Source of the DNA: Phycisphaera mikurensis NBRC 102666
Lineage (GTDB): Bacteria; Planctomycetota; Phycisphaerae; Phycisphaerales; Phycisphaeraceae
DNA length: 32,000 nucleotides
Assembly (NCBI RefSeq): GCF_000284115.1
Contig: NC_017080.1
Location: 3,090,001-3,122,000, forward strand
Direction of reading: 5' to 3'
Shown: positions 8,034-16,658 of the stretch, piece by piece
How the letters are laid out: each line of letters starts with the position of its first letter
Position numbering within the stretch: position 1 is the first letter of the stretch
Notes under the pieces: generated by a model
Database searches by the model: none
What the model saw: the letters and a program-made list of their open reading frames with translations, nothing else
What the model was told of the DNA's origin: nothing
Made by a program: the position numbers and the translations under genes

Positions 8034-8876
8034 TCAGCCGCGCCCGGCGGGGTCCACCAGCCGTCGCACGGCCGCGACGCTCCCGCGGGGTGCCACCGCC
8101 GCCCAGGTTTCGCGGCGGACGGCGGGCGGGCCGCCCTCCGCCGAGGCGTGCAGCACCGAGCCGCCACCGGCGTTCATCACGACGTGGTCGACGCGGGCGC
8201 CCCGCCGCGACGGGCGCAGGTAGACGAAGTCCCCGGGCGCGGCGCTGCCGAGCCCCTCGACCGCGACGAAGCGGTCGCTCTCCAGCTCCGCCTGTCCCGC
8301 CGCGGAGTGCGGGAGGCCCACGCCGGCCATCGAAGCGAGGAGCTTCACGAGGCCCGAGCAGTCGAGGCCGAGCGAGGTGCAGCCGCCCCAGACGTACGGC
8401 CGGCCGATCAGCGATTCGGCGATCCGCAGCCGCGCCGCCGGCGACGCCGCCACGGGCGGCCGCTCCGCGAGGTCCTCCTCCTGCACGAAGAGCGGCTCCC
8501 CGCGGACGGTGACGGCTCGGAACCCGCTGCCCCCGCCGTCCGCGGGTCGCGACGCCCCAAGCCCGCAACCCAGCGGGAGCCTCGCGACCGGCGGGCCGGC
8601 CCGGCGCGTGGGCGCGGCGAAGGCGAGCGCCTCGGCGGTGACCACCCAGCGGTCCGGCTCCTCGCCCGGAGCCAGCGCCGCCCGCGGCACCCAGCCCCGC
8701 TCCTCCTCACCCTCGCCGCCCCAGCCGGCCGCGACCTCGACGCGGCCGTCGCGTGCCGCCCCCACCACCCGCACCGCCTCCCCGCACCGCGCCTGCGAAA
8801 CGACCCCGCCGCCCGGGGAGGCCGCGAGGTCGAGGACGGGCTCGATCACCCGGAGGATGCCGGCGTCGCGGGGCAC
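8034..8876 (-). CDS. NlpC/P60 (C40) family peptidase with N-terminal SH3b-like region
   Basis: GRPYVWGGCTSLGLDCSGLV carries the catalytic Cys and DHVVM...LHAS the His residues. I chose the GTG at 8876, 5 nt after the desaturase stop, and the start is uncertain (an alternative GTG lies at 8846). The rest of ORF 8034..9656 is an alternate frame over the desaturase gene. Confidence 0.8.
   Translation of the reverse strand: MPRDAGILRVIEPVLDLAASPGGGVVSQARCGEAVRVVGAARDGRVEVAAGWGGEGEEERGWVPRAALAPGEEPDRWVVTAEALAFAAPTRRAGPPVARLPLGCGLGASRPADGGGSGFRAVTVRGEPLFVQEEDLAERPPVAASPAARLRIAESLIGRPYVWGGCTSLGLDCSGLVKLLASMAGVGLPHSAAGQAELESDRFVAVEGLGSAAPGDFVYLRPSRRGARVDHVVMNAGGGSVLHASAEGGPPAVRRETWAAVAPRGSVAAVRRLVDPAGRG
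8500..8545. repeat. 46-nt hairpin repeat, copy 3 (compensatory arm variant), inside the NlpC/P60 CDS
   Basis: CCGCGGACGG at 8500-8509, a 26-nt spacer, then CCGTCCGCGG at 8536-8545. Position 9 of the left arm and position 2 of the right arm are both changed, so all 10 bp still pair. Confidence 0.85.
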
Positions 8877-8881
8877 GCCGC

Positions 8882-9922
8882 TCAGGCGAGCTTCGGATCG
8901 TGCGGCACTTCCTTGGCCGGCTCGTTCATCCCGCCGGGCATCCGCTCGGCCGGCGGCAGATTGATCTTCTTCGCCAGGCCGACCCATCCGAGCACCTTGA
9001 TGGTGCAGTAGGTGATGTCGAACTCGAACCAGCGGAGTCCGTGCGCGGCCGATCGTGGGTTGGCGTGGTGGTTGTTGTGCCAGCCCTCCCCGAAGGAGAA
9101 CAGCGCGAGCCACCACAGGTTGGTGCTGCGGTCGCCGGTGTCCTTGTAGTTCTGGTAGCCCCAGGTGTGGCCGGCGGAGTTCACGAACCAGGTCAGGTGG
9201 AAGAACAGGACGGTGCGGACAGCGACGGCCCAGACCACCCACGAGGTCCCCACGACCCAGCCCGCCTTCTCGCTGAAGCCCAGGGCCGCGAAGGCCCACC
9301 CGCCGGCGAACAGGAGCACCATCAGGCCCACGATGGGGAGCCAGGAGTACTTCTCCAGGAAGCGGAGGCCGCGGTCCTTCATGAGGTCGGTCGCCGCCTG
9401 CGTGCGGTGCACGCCGTGGTGGTAGCGGTGCACGAACCAGAGCACGTGGGCCCAGGTGAATCCGTGCTCGGGAGAGTGCGGGTCGTGCTCGGTGTCGGAG
9501 TGCTGGTGGTGCAGCCGGTGGGTCCCGACCCAGCCGATCGGGCCGCCCTGCCAGGCGAGGCAGCCGCAGGTGGCGAGCACATACTCGAACCACTTGGGGG
9601 TCTTGAAGCTGCGGTGCGAGAGCAGCCGGTGGTAGCACAGCGTGATGCCCAGGCAACTCGCCACGAAGGTCATGATCCCCGCCATGACCAGGCCGGACCA
9701 GGTGAACAGCAGCGGGATCAGCGCCAGGGCCGCGAATGCGTGCAGCGCGATGGCGCCGCCGACGACGACCCAGTCCAGCTCGGCCCAGTTGATCCGACCC
9801 TTCTTGTGGTTGTGCTCGGAGCCGGGCACCGCCCGCTGAGCGCGGGCTGGGCGGGCCTGGATGTCGTTTCTCTGCGCTGAAGCCCCGCCGGGGGCGGGCT
9901 CCGTGGTGGCGGTCGCGGTCAT
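8882..9922 (-). CDS. Membrane fatty acid desaturase, delta-9 (stearoyl-CoA/acyl-lipid) type
   Basis: Three histidine boxes are present: HRLLSHRSF, HRLHHQHSD and GEGWHNNHHA. Several TM helices are visible. I chose the ATG at 9922 (MTATATTEP...). Confidence 0.85.
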   Translation of the reverse strand: MTATATTEPAPGGASAQRNDIQARPARAQRAVPGSEHNHKKGRINWAELDWVVVGGAIALHAFAALALIPLLFTWSGLVMAGIMTFVASCLGITLCYHRLLSHRSFKTPKWFEYVLATCGCLAWQGGPIGWVGTHRLHHQHSDTEHDPHSPEHGFTWAHVLWFVHRYHHGVHRTQAATDLMKDRGLRFLEKYSWLPIVGLMVLLFAGGWAFAALGFSEKAGWVVGTSWVVWAVAVRTVLFFHLTWFVNSAGHTWGYQNYKDTGDRSTNLWWLALFSFGEGWHNNHHANPRSAAHGLRWFEFDITYCTIKVLGWVGLAKKINLPPAERMPGGMNEPAKEVPHDPKLA

Positions 9923-10072
9923 GTTGTGTCTCTGGTGGAAGATCCCGTGCGGGACGAGCCCCGGGGCGGGTGCCTGGCTTCGCCGGCTCCCAGGAAGGAG
10001 CGGCGCAGCAGCCATGCTAGGAAGAGAGCCGACGCCCGGACGGGCGATCGGTCCAAAAACCGGCGGGGAGGC

Positions 10073-10100
10073 AAAAAAGCGGAGAACGGTGTTCAGCCGC
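10073..10100 (-). terminator. Candidate intrinsic terminator after ybaB
   Basis: The minus strand reads GCGG-ct-GAAC-acc-GTTC-t-CCGC followed by TTTTTT. A T6 run is conspicuous in DNA this GC-rich. The hairpin includes the ybaB stop codon. Confidence 0.45.
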
Positions 10101-10488
10101 CGAGCATCTTGGTGAGTTGGTCGAGGTCCGGGCCGTCTCCCTCCCCGCCGGGTCCACCGGCGTCCCGGAAGGCTTCCCCGGCCATGGCGACGGCCTTCTG
10201 CTGGGCGTCGTCGACGGCGTCGACGATCATCGCCTCCAGCCGCTCCCGCGAGGCCGCGGCCTGCTCCTCGCCGCCACCCGCCGCCGCGACCAGCATCGCG
10301 GTGTCCAGGTGGAGGCCGACCAGCTTCATCTTCCCGTTCACGGTGGCGCGGACGGCGCCCCCGCCCGCCTCGCCCTCGGCGGTCTTCTTCTCGAGCTCGG
10401 CCTGCATCTGCTCGAACTTCTCCTTGAGGCCGGAGAGGTTGCCGAGCATGCCGGCGAGCGCCTTGAGTTGTTTCGCGTTCTCGAACAT
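10093..10488 (-). CDS. ybaB: YbaB/EbfC family nucleoid-associated protein
   Basis: 131 aa. The protein has MLGNLSGLKEKFEQMQAELEK, then VRATVNGKMKLVGLHLD, then LEAMIVDAVDDAQQKA. This order and spacing are typical of YbaB. Confidence 0.85.
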   Translation of the reverse strand: MFENAKQLKALAGMLGNLSGLKEKFEQMQAELEKKTAEGEAGGGAVRATVNGKMKLVGLHLDTAMLVAAAGGGEEQAAASRERLEAMIVDAVDDAQQKAVAMAGEAFRDAGGPGGEGDGPDLDQLTKMLGG

Positions 10489-10605
10489 GCCGGCAGTTTA
10501 GGTGCCGCGCGGAGTCTTCTGATCGCCGCCGCGGGCGGGGCGATCAGGCGAGGGCGTACGACGCTCTCGCGAGCCGCCTGCACCGAGGCCGGCCGTGGCG
10601 GCCTG

Positions 10606-11901
10606 CTAGCTCACCAGCGTGCTCAGCTTGAAGATCGGCAGGATGATCGCCATCGCGATGAAGCCGACGATGCCGCCCATCACCACGATCATGATCGGCT
10701 CGATCATCGAGGTCACGGTCTTGATCGTCTCCTTGAGCTGCTTCGCATAGAAGCTGCTGACCTGCTCGAGAACCTCGCCGAGCTTGCCCGACTCCTCGCC
10801 GGCGGAGATCATCTGGATCACCGGCTTGGGCAGCAGCTCGCCCTTGTGAAGCGGCGTGGTGATCTTCTTGCCCTGCTTGACGCTGTTGTAGACGTTGAGC
10901 CAGAGGCGGCGGAACATGCGGTTGCCGGAGATCTCTCCGGTGATCTGCAGGGTGTCGAGCATCGGCACGCCCGCGTTGATGAGCTCGCCCATCGTGTGCA
11001 GCGACCGGCCGATGTAGAGGCTCTTGAACATCCGCTGGAAGACCGGCACCTTCAGCTTGAGCGCGTCCACCCACCAGCCGCCCTTCTCGGTGCGGGCAAC
11101 GAAGAAGAGGGCCGCGGCGACGCTGAGCATGCCCAGGATCACAGCCCACCACCACACGACCATGAAGTCCGAGAGGTTCATCAGAATGATCGTCGGCATC
11201 GGCATCGCCGACTCCTTGCCCTCGAAGACCGCCGCGAACTTGGGCAGCACGAAGGTGAGCAGGAACATGCTGACCGCCACCGCCATCACCGCGATGATGA
11301 CCGGGTAGACCATCGCCCCGGTGACCATCCGCTTGGTCTCGATCTGCTGCGTCAGGTACGCGGCGATCCGGTCGAGCATGTGGCTGAACTGGCCGGACAT
11401 CTCCGACGCCCGGATCATGTTGATGTACAGCGGGCCGAAGAGCTTCGGGTACTTCTTCAGCGCCTCGGAGAAGGGCTTGCCCGCCTCCACGTCGCCCTTG
11501 ATCGCGAAGAGGATCTTGCGGAACTTGGCGTTCTCGACCTGCTCGGCGATGCCCTCCAGGGCGGCCCGCAGCGAGATGCCCGCCTTCACCATCACGGCGA
11601 GCTGCGTGGTGAAGCCGAGGATGTCGTTCTGGTTGGGGCCGCTGGTGTAATTGAGCGCCTTGAGCTTCGCTCCCCAGTCGGTGCCCTGCTCGGCCACGGG
11701 CGCGAGCGCGATGACCGTGTTGCCGCGGGCCCGCAGGACCTGCGACGCCGCCATGGCGGAGTCGGCCTTCAGGTTGCCGACGGAGACCTCCCCGCCGGCA
11801 TTCTTCATCTGGTAGCGGTAGAGCGGCAAGGGGTTTCGCCTCCGGGCGGTTTCTAGGAGCCGGCCTGCGGCCGTCTCGGCATTCGAGTTCTGGAGGGGCA
11901 A
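10606..11901 (-). CDS. pilC: Type IV pilus / type II secretion platform protein (PilC/GspF family)
   Basis: 431 aa with a duplicated GspF-type domain architecture and three TM segments. The N-terminus YRYQMKNAGGEVSVGNLKADS is typical of PilC. Confidence 0.85.
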   Translation of the reverse strand: MPLQNSNAETAAGRLLETARRRNPLPLYRYQMKNAGGEVSVGNLKADSAMAASQVLRARGNTVIALAPVAEQGTDWGAKLKALNYTSGPNQNDILGFTTQLAVMVKAGISLRAALEGIAEQVENAKFRKILFAIKGDVEAGKPFSEALKKYPKLFGPLYINMIRASEMSGQFSHMLDRIAAYLTQQIETKRMVTGAMVYPVIIAVMAVAVSMFLLTFVLPKFAAVFEGKESAMPMPTIILMNLSDFMVVWWWAVILGMLSVAAALFFVARTEKGGWWVDALKLKVPVFQRMFKSLYIGRSLHTMGELINAGVPMLDTLQITGEISGNRMFRRLWLNVYNSVKQGKKITTPLHKGELLPKPVIQMISAGEESGKLGEVLEQVSSFYAKQLKETIKTVTSMIEPIMIVVMGGIVGFIAMAIILPIFKLSTLVS

Positions 11902-11970
11902 CGCTGCCCTTCACGGTGTGACGCGGCGGATCCCGAAGAGAGGACACCGCGTCGTCGGCTCGGTCACCGC

Positions 11971-13026
11971 TCAGGCGGCGATCTGACGCTCGAGCTTCTC
12001 GGGGTACGCGGCCTGGGAGAGGGCCGAGTCGCGGTCGATCATTCCGTTGAAGTAGAGCTCCGCGATGGAGTTGTCGAGCGTCTGCATGCCCAGCGGCCGG
12101 TTCGTCTCGATCACGTTGGGGATCTCGTACGTGCGGTTCTCGCGGATCAGGTTCCGGACGGCGGGCGTGCAGAGCATGATCTCGCTGGCGGGCACCATGC
12201 CCGGCTGGTCGAGCCGCTTGAAGAGCGTCTGCGAGATCACCGCCTGCAGCGTGTTCGCCAGCATCGAGCGGATCTGGTTCTGCTGGTCGGCGGGGTACAT
12301 GTCGACGATGCGCTCGACGGTGTGGGAGGCGTTGACCGTGTGCAGCGTCGAGAAGACCAGGTGGCCCGTCTCGGCGGCGGTGATCGCCGCGGCGGTCGTC
12401 TCCAGGTCGCGCATCTCCCCGACGAGGATGATGTCGGGGTCCTGCCGCAGCACGTGCCGCAGCCCGCTGGCGAAGCTGGGGGTGTCCTGCCCGAGCTCGC
12501 GTTGCTCGATCAGGCACCGCTTCGAGGGCAGGACGTACTCGATCGGATCCTCGAGGGTGATGATGTGCTTGTCGTAGCGCTCGTTCATCGCGTCGAGCAT
12601 CGCCGCCAGCGTGGTCGTCTTGCCCGAGCCGGTGTCGCCGGTCACGAGCACGAGGCCGCGGGGCAGGTACGTCAGCCGCGAGACGACCTCGGGCAGGTTG
12701 AGGTTCGGCAGCGCCGGGATCTTGGTCTTGATCGCCCGCAGCGTGATGCCGATGTGGCCGTTTTGCTGGTGGGCGTTGACGCGGAAGCGAGCGAAGTTGG
12801 GCACCTCGTAGGAGAAGTCCGCGTCGCGGATCTTCTCGAACTGCTTGAGCTTCTCGGGGCCGGCCATCGACTTGAGCATCGCCGCCGCGGACTCCGGCGT
12901 GATCACCGGGAAGTCCATGGTGGTCATCACCGTCTGGATCCGGCACTTGGGCGGGTGGCCCGCGACCAGGTGGACGTCGGAGCTGTCCAGCTCCAGGGCG
13001 GTCTTGAGGATGGTGTCCAGCTGCAT
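11971..13026 (-). CDS. pilT: Type IV pilus retraction ATPase PilT
   Basis: 351 aa from the ATG at 13026. It has Walker A GDTGSGKTTT, Walker B/Asp box DIILVGEMRD, His box TGHLVFSTLHT and the PilT-type AVRNLIRE motif. Confidence 0.9.
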   Translation of the reverse strand: MQLDTILKTALELDSSDVHLVAGHPPKCRIQTVMTTMDFPVITPESAAAMLKSMAGPEKLKQFEKIRDADFSYEVPNFARFRVNAHQQNGHIGITLRAIKTKIPALPNLNLPEVVSRLTYLPRGLVLVTGDTGSGKTTTLAAMLDAMNERYDKHIITLEDPIEYVLPSKRCLIEQRELGQDTPSFASGLRHVLRQDPDIILVGEMRDLETTAAAITAAETGHLVFSTLHTVNASHTVERIVDMYPADQQNQIRSMLANTLQAVISQTLFKRLDQPGMVPASEIMLCTPAVRNLIRENRTYEIPNVIETNRPLGMQTLDNSIAELYFNGMIDRDSALSQAAYPEKLERQIAA

Positions 13027-13131
13027 GGAGGAGGCCTGTGGGGCTCGCGGGGAGGAGCGTGGGGTTCGGGAGTTCCCGGGCGGGGAATCGACAGGCTCTC
13101 CTTCGGCCGGATGTGGGGGCGGCTGAAGCGG

Positions 13132-13177
13132 CCGCGGACCGTCGGGGTTTCGGAACGCGGGAGGCGGCGGTCCGCGG
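13132..13177. repeat. 46-nt hairpin repeat, copy 4 (perfect arms), intergenic between the UPF0104 gene and pilT
   Basis: CCGCGGACCG at 13132-13141, a 26-nt spacer, then CGGTCCGCGG at 13168-13177. The reverse complement of the spacer contains CCGAAACCCCG, as in copy 2. Confidence 0.9.
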
Positions 13178-13247
13178 CTCGGGGTGGCGCCCGCAGCGGC
13201 CGGGGCCGTGCAGGCCGCTGCGGTCTTTCGATCGGCGCTCGAGCGGC

Positions 13248-14141
13248 CTAGCCGCGCGGCGTCGCGTGCAGCAGCGACGCCGGGCGGGAGGCCGCGGCGG
13301 CGGCCGCGACCACCAGGGCCTCGACCCCGCGGTCGACGATGGCGGCGGCGGCGACCGCCCCGCCGTCGAGCGGGGTCAACGCCGCGGCCAGGCCGGCGAC
13401 GGCGGCCTCGGAGATCCCCAGGCCGTTGGGCGTCAGCCCCACCAAGCGGCCGAGCAGGCCGCCGGTGGCGAGCAGCAGCGCGTCGGCGAAGCCCAGCGGC
13501 ACCCCCACGACGCCGCAGGCGAGGACCAGGCGCGTAGCGCCGAGGGCGAGGTCGCCGCCGCGGAGCAGCGGCCAGGCCCAGAGCCGGGCGCCGCCGGGAA
13601 CGCGGACCCGGGCGTGGATCCGCGGCAAGGCGGCGCAGGCGATCGAGAGGCCCCCGACCCCCGCGGCGGCCACGGCGATGCGCACGAGGTCGTCGCCGCG
13701 CACCATCAGCAGGCTGCCGGCGGCGACCGCGAAGACCGCCAGCGAGACGGTGAGCACCAGCGACAGGGAGAGCAGCGAAGCCCGCAGGCTCAGGCCGTGC
13801 CGTGCCTTCAGGTAGGCCGCACGCCCCCAGACGCCGGCGCGGGGCAGCGGCAGGAAGTTCAGCAGCGCGCTCACCGCGACCAGGCGGAGCATGAGCCCGC
13901 GCGAGACCGGCGGGTCGTGCGGGAAGAGGTGCATCGCGAGGCCGAGCAGCTCGGCGGCGAGCACGAGCGCGGCCGCGACGGCGAGGGCCGTGCCCGCGAG
14001 GGGCAGAGCGTCGCGCGGGCCGACGCTCCGGGCCGCCTCGACGAGCGGCCCGGCGGCCCACCCGGCCGCGGCGGCGAAGAGCACGGCGGCGAGGAGCCAG
14101 CCCGCGAGTCTCCGGGAGCCGTAGGCGAAGCGACCCCGCAT
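13248..14141 (-). CDS. UPF0104 / LPG-synthase-TM-like (flippase-like) membrane protein
   Basis: 297 aa and highly hydrophobic. It has LLNFLPLPRAGVWGRAAYLKARHGLSL and a C-terminal TPNGLGISEAAV motif, both typical of the UPF0104 family. Confidence 0.6.
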   Translation of the reverse strand: MRGRFAYGSRRLAGWLLAAVLFAAAAGWAAGPLVEAARSVGPRDALPLAGTALAVAAALVLAAELLGLAMHLFPHDPPVSRGLMLRLVAVSALLNFLPLPRAGVWGRAAYLKARHGLSLRASLLSLSLVLTVSLAVFAVAAGSLLMVRGDDLVRIAVAAAGVGGLSIACAALPRIHARVRVPGGARLWAWPLLRGGDLALGATRLVLACGVVGVPLGFADALLLATGGLLGRLVGLTPNGLGISEAAVAGLAAALTPLDGGAVAAAAIVDRGVEALVVAAAAAASRPASLLHATPRG

Positions 14142-14150
14142 GCCGGGACG

Positions 14151-14420
14151 CTACCCGCTGCCGTCGGTCCCGGCCCGGCCCGGCGGCACCGGGTCGAAGC
14201 CGCCGGGCCCGCCGAGCGGGTGGCAGCGGGCGAGGCGGCGCAGCGTGAGCCAGCCGCCCCGCCACGGCCCCAGCTCCGCGACCGCCTCCAGCGCATACGC
14301 GCTGCACGTGGGGTGGAAGCGGCAGTGCCCCTGCCCCAGCAGCGGGCGGACCGCCCCGCGGTAGAACAGCACGAGGGCGCGGAGCGTGGCCGAGGCCGCG
14401 GCGTCGAGCCGGCGCTTCAC
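14151..14420 (-). CDS. yidD: Membrane protein insertion efficiency factor YidD
   Basis: [47 protein letters not shown] matches the YidD signature. I chose the GTG at 14420. The gene lies 26 nt after hemB and 9 nt before the next gene. Confidence 0.8.
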   Translation of the reverse strand: MKRRLDAAASATLRALVLFYRGAVRPLLGQGHCRFHPTCSAYALEAVAELGPWRGGWLTLRRLARCHPLGGPGGFDPVPPGRAGTDGSG

Positions 14421-14446
14421 GGGCCCGGGCTCCGCATTCCCGCCGC

Positions 14447-15460
14447 TCAAAGCCAGCCCGCGGCTTCCGTTGCGGCGTAGGTCAGGATCGCGTCGGCGCC
14501 GGCGCGGCGGATGCCGACCAACGCCTCCAGGTGGGCCTTCCTGCGGTCGAGGTGGCCCGTCGCCGCGGCGGCCTCGAGCATGAGGTACTCGCCGCTGACC
14601 TGGTACGCGGCGACCGGGAGGCGCGTGCGTTCCCGCACCGCGCGGATGACGTCGAGGTAGGGGCCGGCCGGTTTCACCATCAAGAGGTCGGCGCCTTCGG
14701 CCTCGTCCAGCGCCGCCTCGCGCTGCGCCTCGCGCACGTTCGCCGGGTCCATCTGGTAGGTCGCTTTGTCGCCGGGGATGATCCGTCCCGCCGGCGCTGC
14801 GCGGGGGGCCGAGTCCAGCGCCTCGCGGAACGGGCCATAGAAGGCCGAGGCGTACTTCACCGAGTAGGCGAGGATCGCCACGCGGTCGTGCCCGGCCGCG
14901 TCGAGCCCGGCCCGGATCGCGGCGACGCGGCCGTCCATCATGTCGCTCGGCGAAACGACGTCGGCCCCGGCGTCCGCGTGCGCGACGGCCTGCTTCACCA
15001 GCACCGCCACCGTCGCGTCGTTGTCGACCTCGCCGCCGGCGTCGACGACGCCGTCGTGGCCGTCGCTGGAGTAGGGGTCCAGCGCCACGTCGGTGATGAC
15101 GCACAGCGCCGGGTGCGCGGCTTTGAGGGCGGCGACGGCCCGCGGCACCAGCCCCGCCGGGTCGTGCGCCGCCTCGCCGCGGCGGGTCTTCTCCGCCTCG
15201 GGGATCTTCGGGAACACCACGACCTTGTCGACGCCTGCGCCGAGGCAGCGCCCGGACTGCGCGACGAGCCCCCCGAGGCTCCAGCGGGTCTGGCCGGGCA
15301 GCGCGTCCAGCGGCGTGTCGGCGTCGTCGCCGTGCACGAACAGCGGCTGGACGAGGTGCCCCGCCGAGAGCTGCGTCTCGCGGACGGCGGCACGCAGCGC
15401 CGGCGTCCGCCGGACGCGACGCGGGCGGATCGGCAGGTCGAGCTTGGCGGCGTCGGTCAT
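14447..15460 (-). CDS. hemB: Porphobilinogen synthase (delta-aminolevulinate dehydratase)
   Basis: 337 aa from the ATG at 15460. Recognised motifs are [30 protein letters not shown] and YQVSGEY. The metal-site region reads [14 protein letters not shown], which is Asp-rich and not the Cys-rich zinc type. Confidence 0.92.
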   Translation of the reverse strand: MTDAAKLDLPIRPRRVRRTPALRAAVRETQLSAGHLVQPLFVHGDDADTPLDALPGQTRWSLGGLVAQSGRCLGAGVDKVVVFPKIPEAEKTRRGEAAHDPAGLVPRAVAALKAAHPALCVITDVALDPYSSDGHDGVVDAGGEVDNDATVAVLVKQAVAHADAGADVVSPSDMMDGRVAAIRAGLDAAGHDRVAILAYSVKYASAFYGPFREALDSAPRAAPAGRIIPGDKATYQMDPANVREAQREAALDEAEGADLLMVKPAGPYLDVIRAVRERTRLPVAAYQVSGEYLMLEAAAATGHLDRRKAHLEALVGIRRAGADAILTYAATEAAGWL

Positions 15461-15554
15461 GGCCGAAGGTAAGCGGCGGGCTCGGCCGGGGAGTCCCCCG
15501 CCGCGGATCCTGCCGCGTGCTCCGCGGCGGGCGCGGCGCCCGTAGCTTCTCCGC

Positions 15555-16625
15555 TTGCCGCCGCCTCCCGAAGCCACACCGCCCGGGCCCGCCCCGCCGT
15601 CGACGCGGGGCCGCGGCCGCTGGCTGGTTCTCCTGCAGCTCGGCGTCGCGGTCGGCCTGCTCGCGTGGGTGCTGCGGAGCCCCGCGGCCCGCGCCGCCTT
15701 CGCCGCCGGCCTCCGCTCGGCCGAGCCCGCGTGGCTGCTCGCCGGGCTCGGGCTCGGCGGGGTCTGGCTGCTCACGTGCGCCCGCCGCTGGCAGCTGTAC
15801 CTGCGGCTGAACCGCCTGGACCTCCCGCTGCACCGGGTCTTCCGCGTCTACGCGGCCGGGCAGTTCTTCGAGCTGTTCCTGCCCGGCTCGCTCTCCGGCG
15901 ACGCGGTCCGCTGGCTCTACGCGTCGCGGCTGCCCGCCACCGCCACGGCGGAGGCGCAGCGATCCGCCCGCGCCGACGCCGCGCGGGCCCTGCTGATGGA
16001 CCACTTCTCGGGCCTGCTCGCGGCGGCGGCCCTCGCCACCGCGCTGGTCGTCTTCCGATGGCGCTGGTTCGCCCAGAGCCCGGTCGGCATCGCCGGCCTC
16101 GTGTTCCTCCTGGGCTTCTTTGGCTTCTGCGTCGGCGGCCTCGCGTTGACCTGGGTCGCCGACCGCCGGGGGTGGACGCGGCGCCACCTGCCCGCGTGGC
16201 TGCCGGGCCGCGACGCGCTGCTCGGGGCCGCCGCCGCCACCGGACACTTCGTCCGGGCCTGGCGGACCGCGCTCCGCGGCGCCGCCCTCTCCGGCGTCAG
16301 CCTGCTGTCTTATTACCTGGGCTTCTGGTGCGCCGCGCGGGCGTACGCCGCCGACGTCTTGGCCGTCGAGGTCGTTTCGGTGATGCCCGTCGTCGACACC
16401 GTCTCGAGCCTGCCGATCTCGATCGCCGGGCTCGGCGTCCGCGAGACCGTCTTCGAGCGGTTCCTCGGCGACCTCGCGGGCGTGCCCGCCGGCACCGCCG
16501 TGCTCATCTCGCTGACCGGCTTCTCCTTCACGCTGGCCTGGTCGCTCCTCGGCGGCCTGCTCTGGCCGACGCTGGGCCGGCGGGCGAGCAACGCAGAAGC
16601 GGAGCCGAACCCGCGGACCGCGTGA
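15555..16625 (+). CDS. UPF0104 / LPG-synthase-TM-like (flippase-like) membrane protein, second paralog
   Basis: It has [27 protein letters not shown] and [19 protein letters not shown] motifs and multiple TM helices. The TTG start at 15555 is uncertain. The stop lies inside a copy of the 46-nt hairpin repeat. Confidence 0.65.
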   Translation: MPPPPEATPPGPAPPSTRGRGRWLVLLQLGVAVGLLAWVLRSPAARAAFAAGLRSAEPAWLLAGLGLGGVWLLTCARRWQLYLRLNRLDLPLHRVFRVYAAGQFFELFLPGSLSGDAVRWLYASRLPATATAEAQRSARADAARALLMDHFSGLLAAAALATALVVFRWRWFAQSPVGIAGLVFLLGFFGFCVGGLALTWVADRRGWTRRHLPAWLPGRDALLGAAAATGHFVRAWRTALRGAALSGVSLLSYYLGFWCAARAYAADVLAVEVVSVMPVVDTVSSLPISIAGLGVRETVFERFLGDLAGVPAGTAVLISLTGFSFTLAWSLLGGLLWPTLGRRASNAEAEPNPRTA

Positions 16626-16656
16626 GAGAAACCTCCCGAAGCCCGGCGGTCCGCGG
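16611..16656. repeat. 46-nt hairpin repeat, copy 5 (perfect arms, stem extendable to 15 bp at 16607-16660), between convergent genes
   Basis: GAAC-CCGCGGACCG-C ... G-CGGTCCGCGG-GTTC. The TGA of the + strand gene (16623-16625) lies in the loop. The right end touches the stop of the minus-strand gene (16659-16661). Confidence 0.9.
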
Positions 16657-16658
16657 GT

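Noticed and set aside
7916-8167. Upstream in-frame ATG extensions of several genes: 8167 for the CHASE protein, 10015 for the desaturase, 18827 for the GAF protein and 18700 for the nucleoside hydrolase.
   Set aside because: The extensions encode Arg/Pro-rich low-complexity sequence and overlap neighbouring genes or promoter regions. The family-typical N-termini begin at the internal ATGs I chose.
10519-10547. A 9-bp inverted repeat, CTGATCGCC ... GGCGATCAG, between pilC and ybaB.
   Set aside because: It is a short stem with no U-tract on the transcribed (minus) strand and no second copy. That is too weak to call a terminator or operator.
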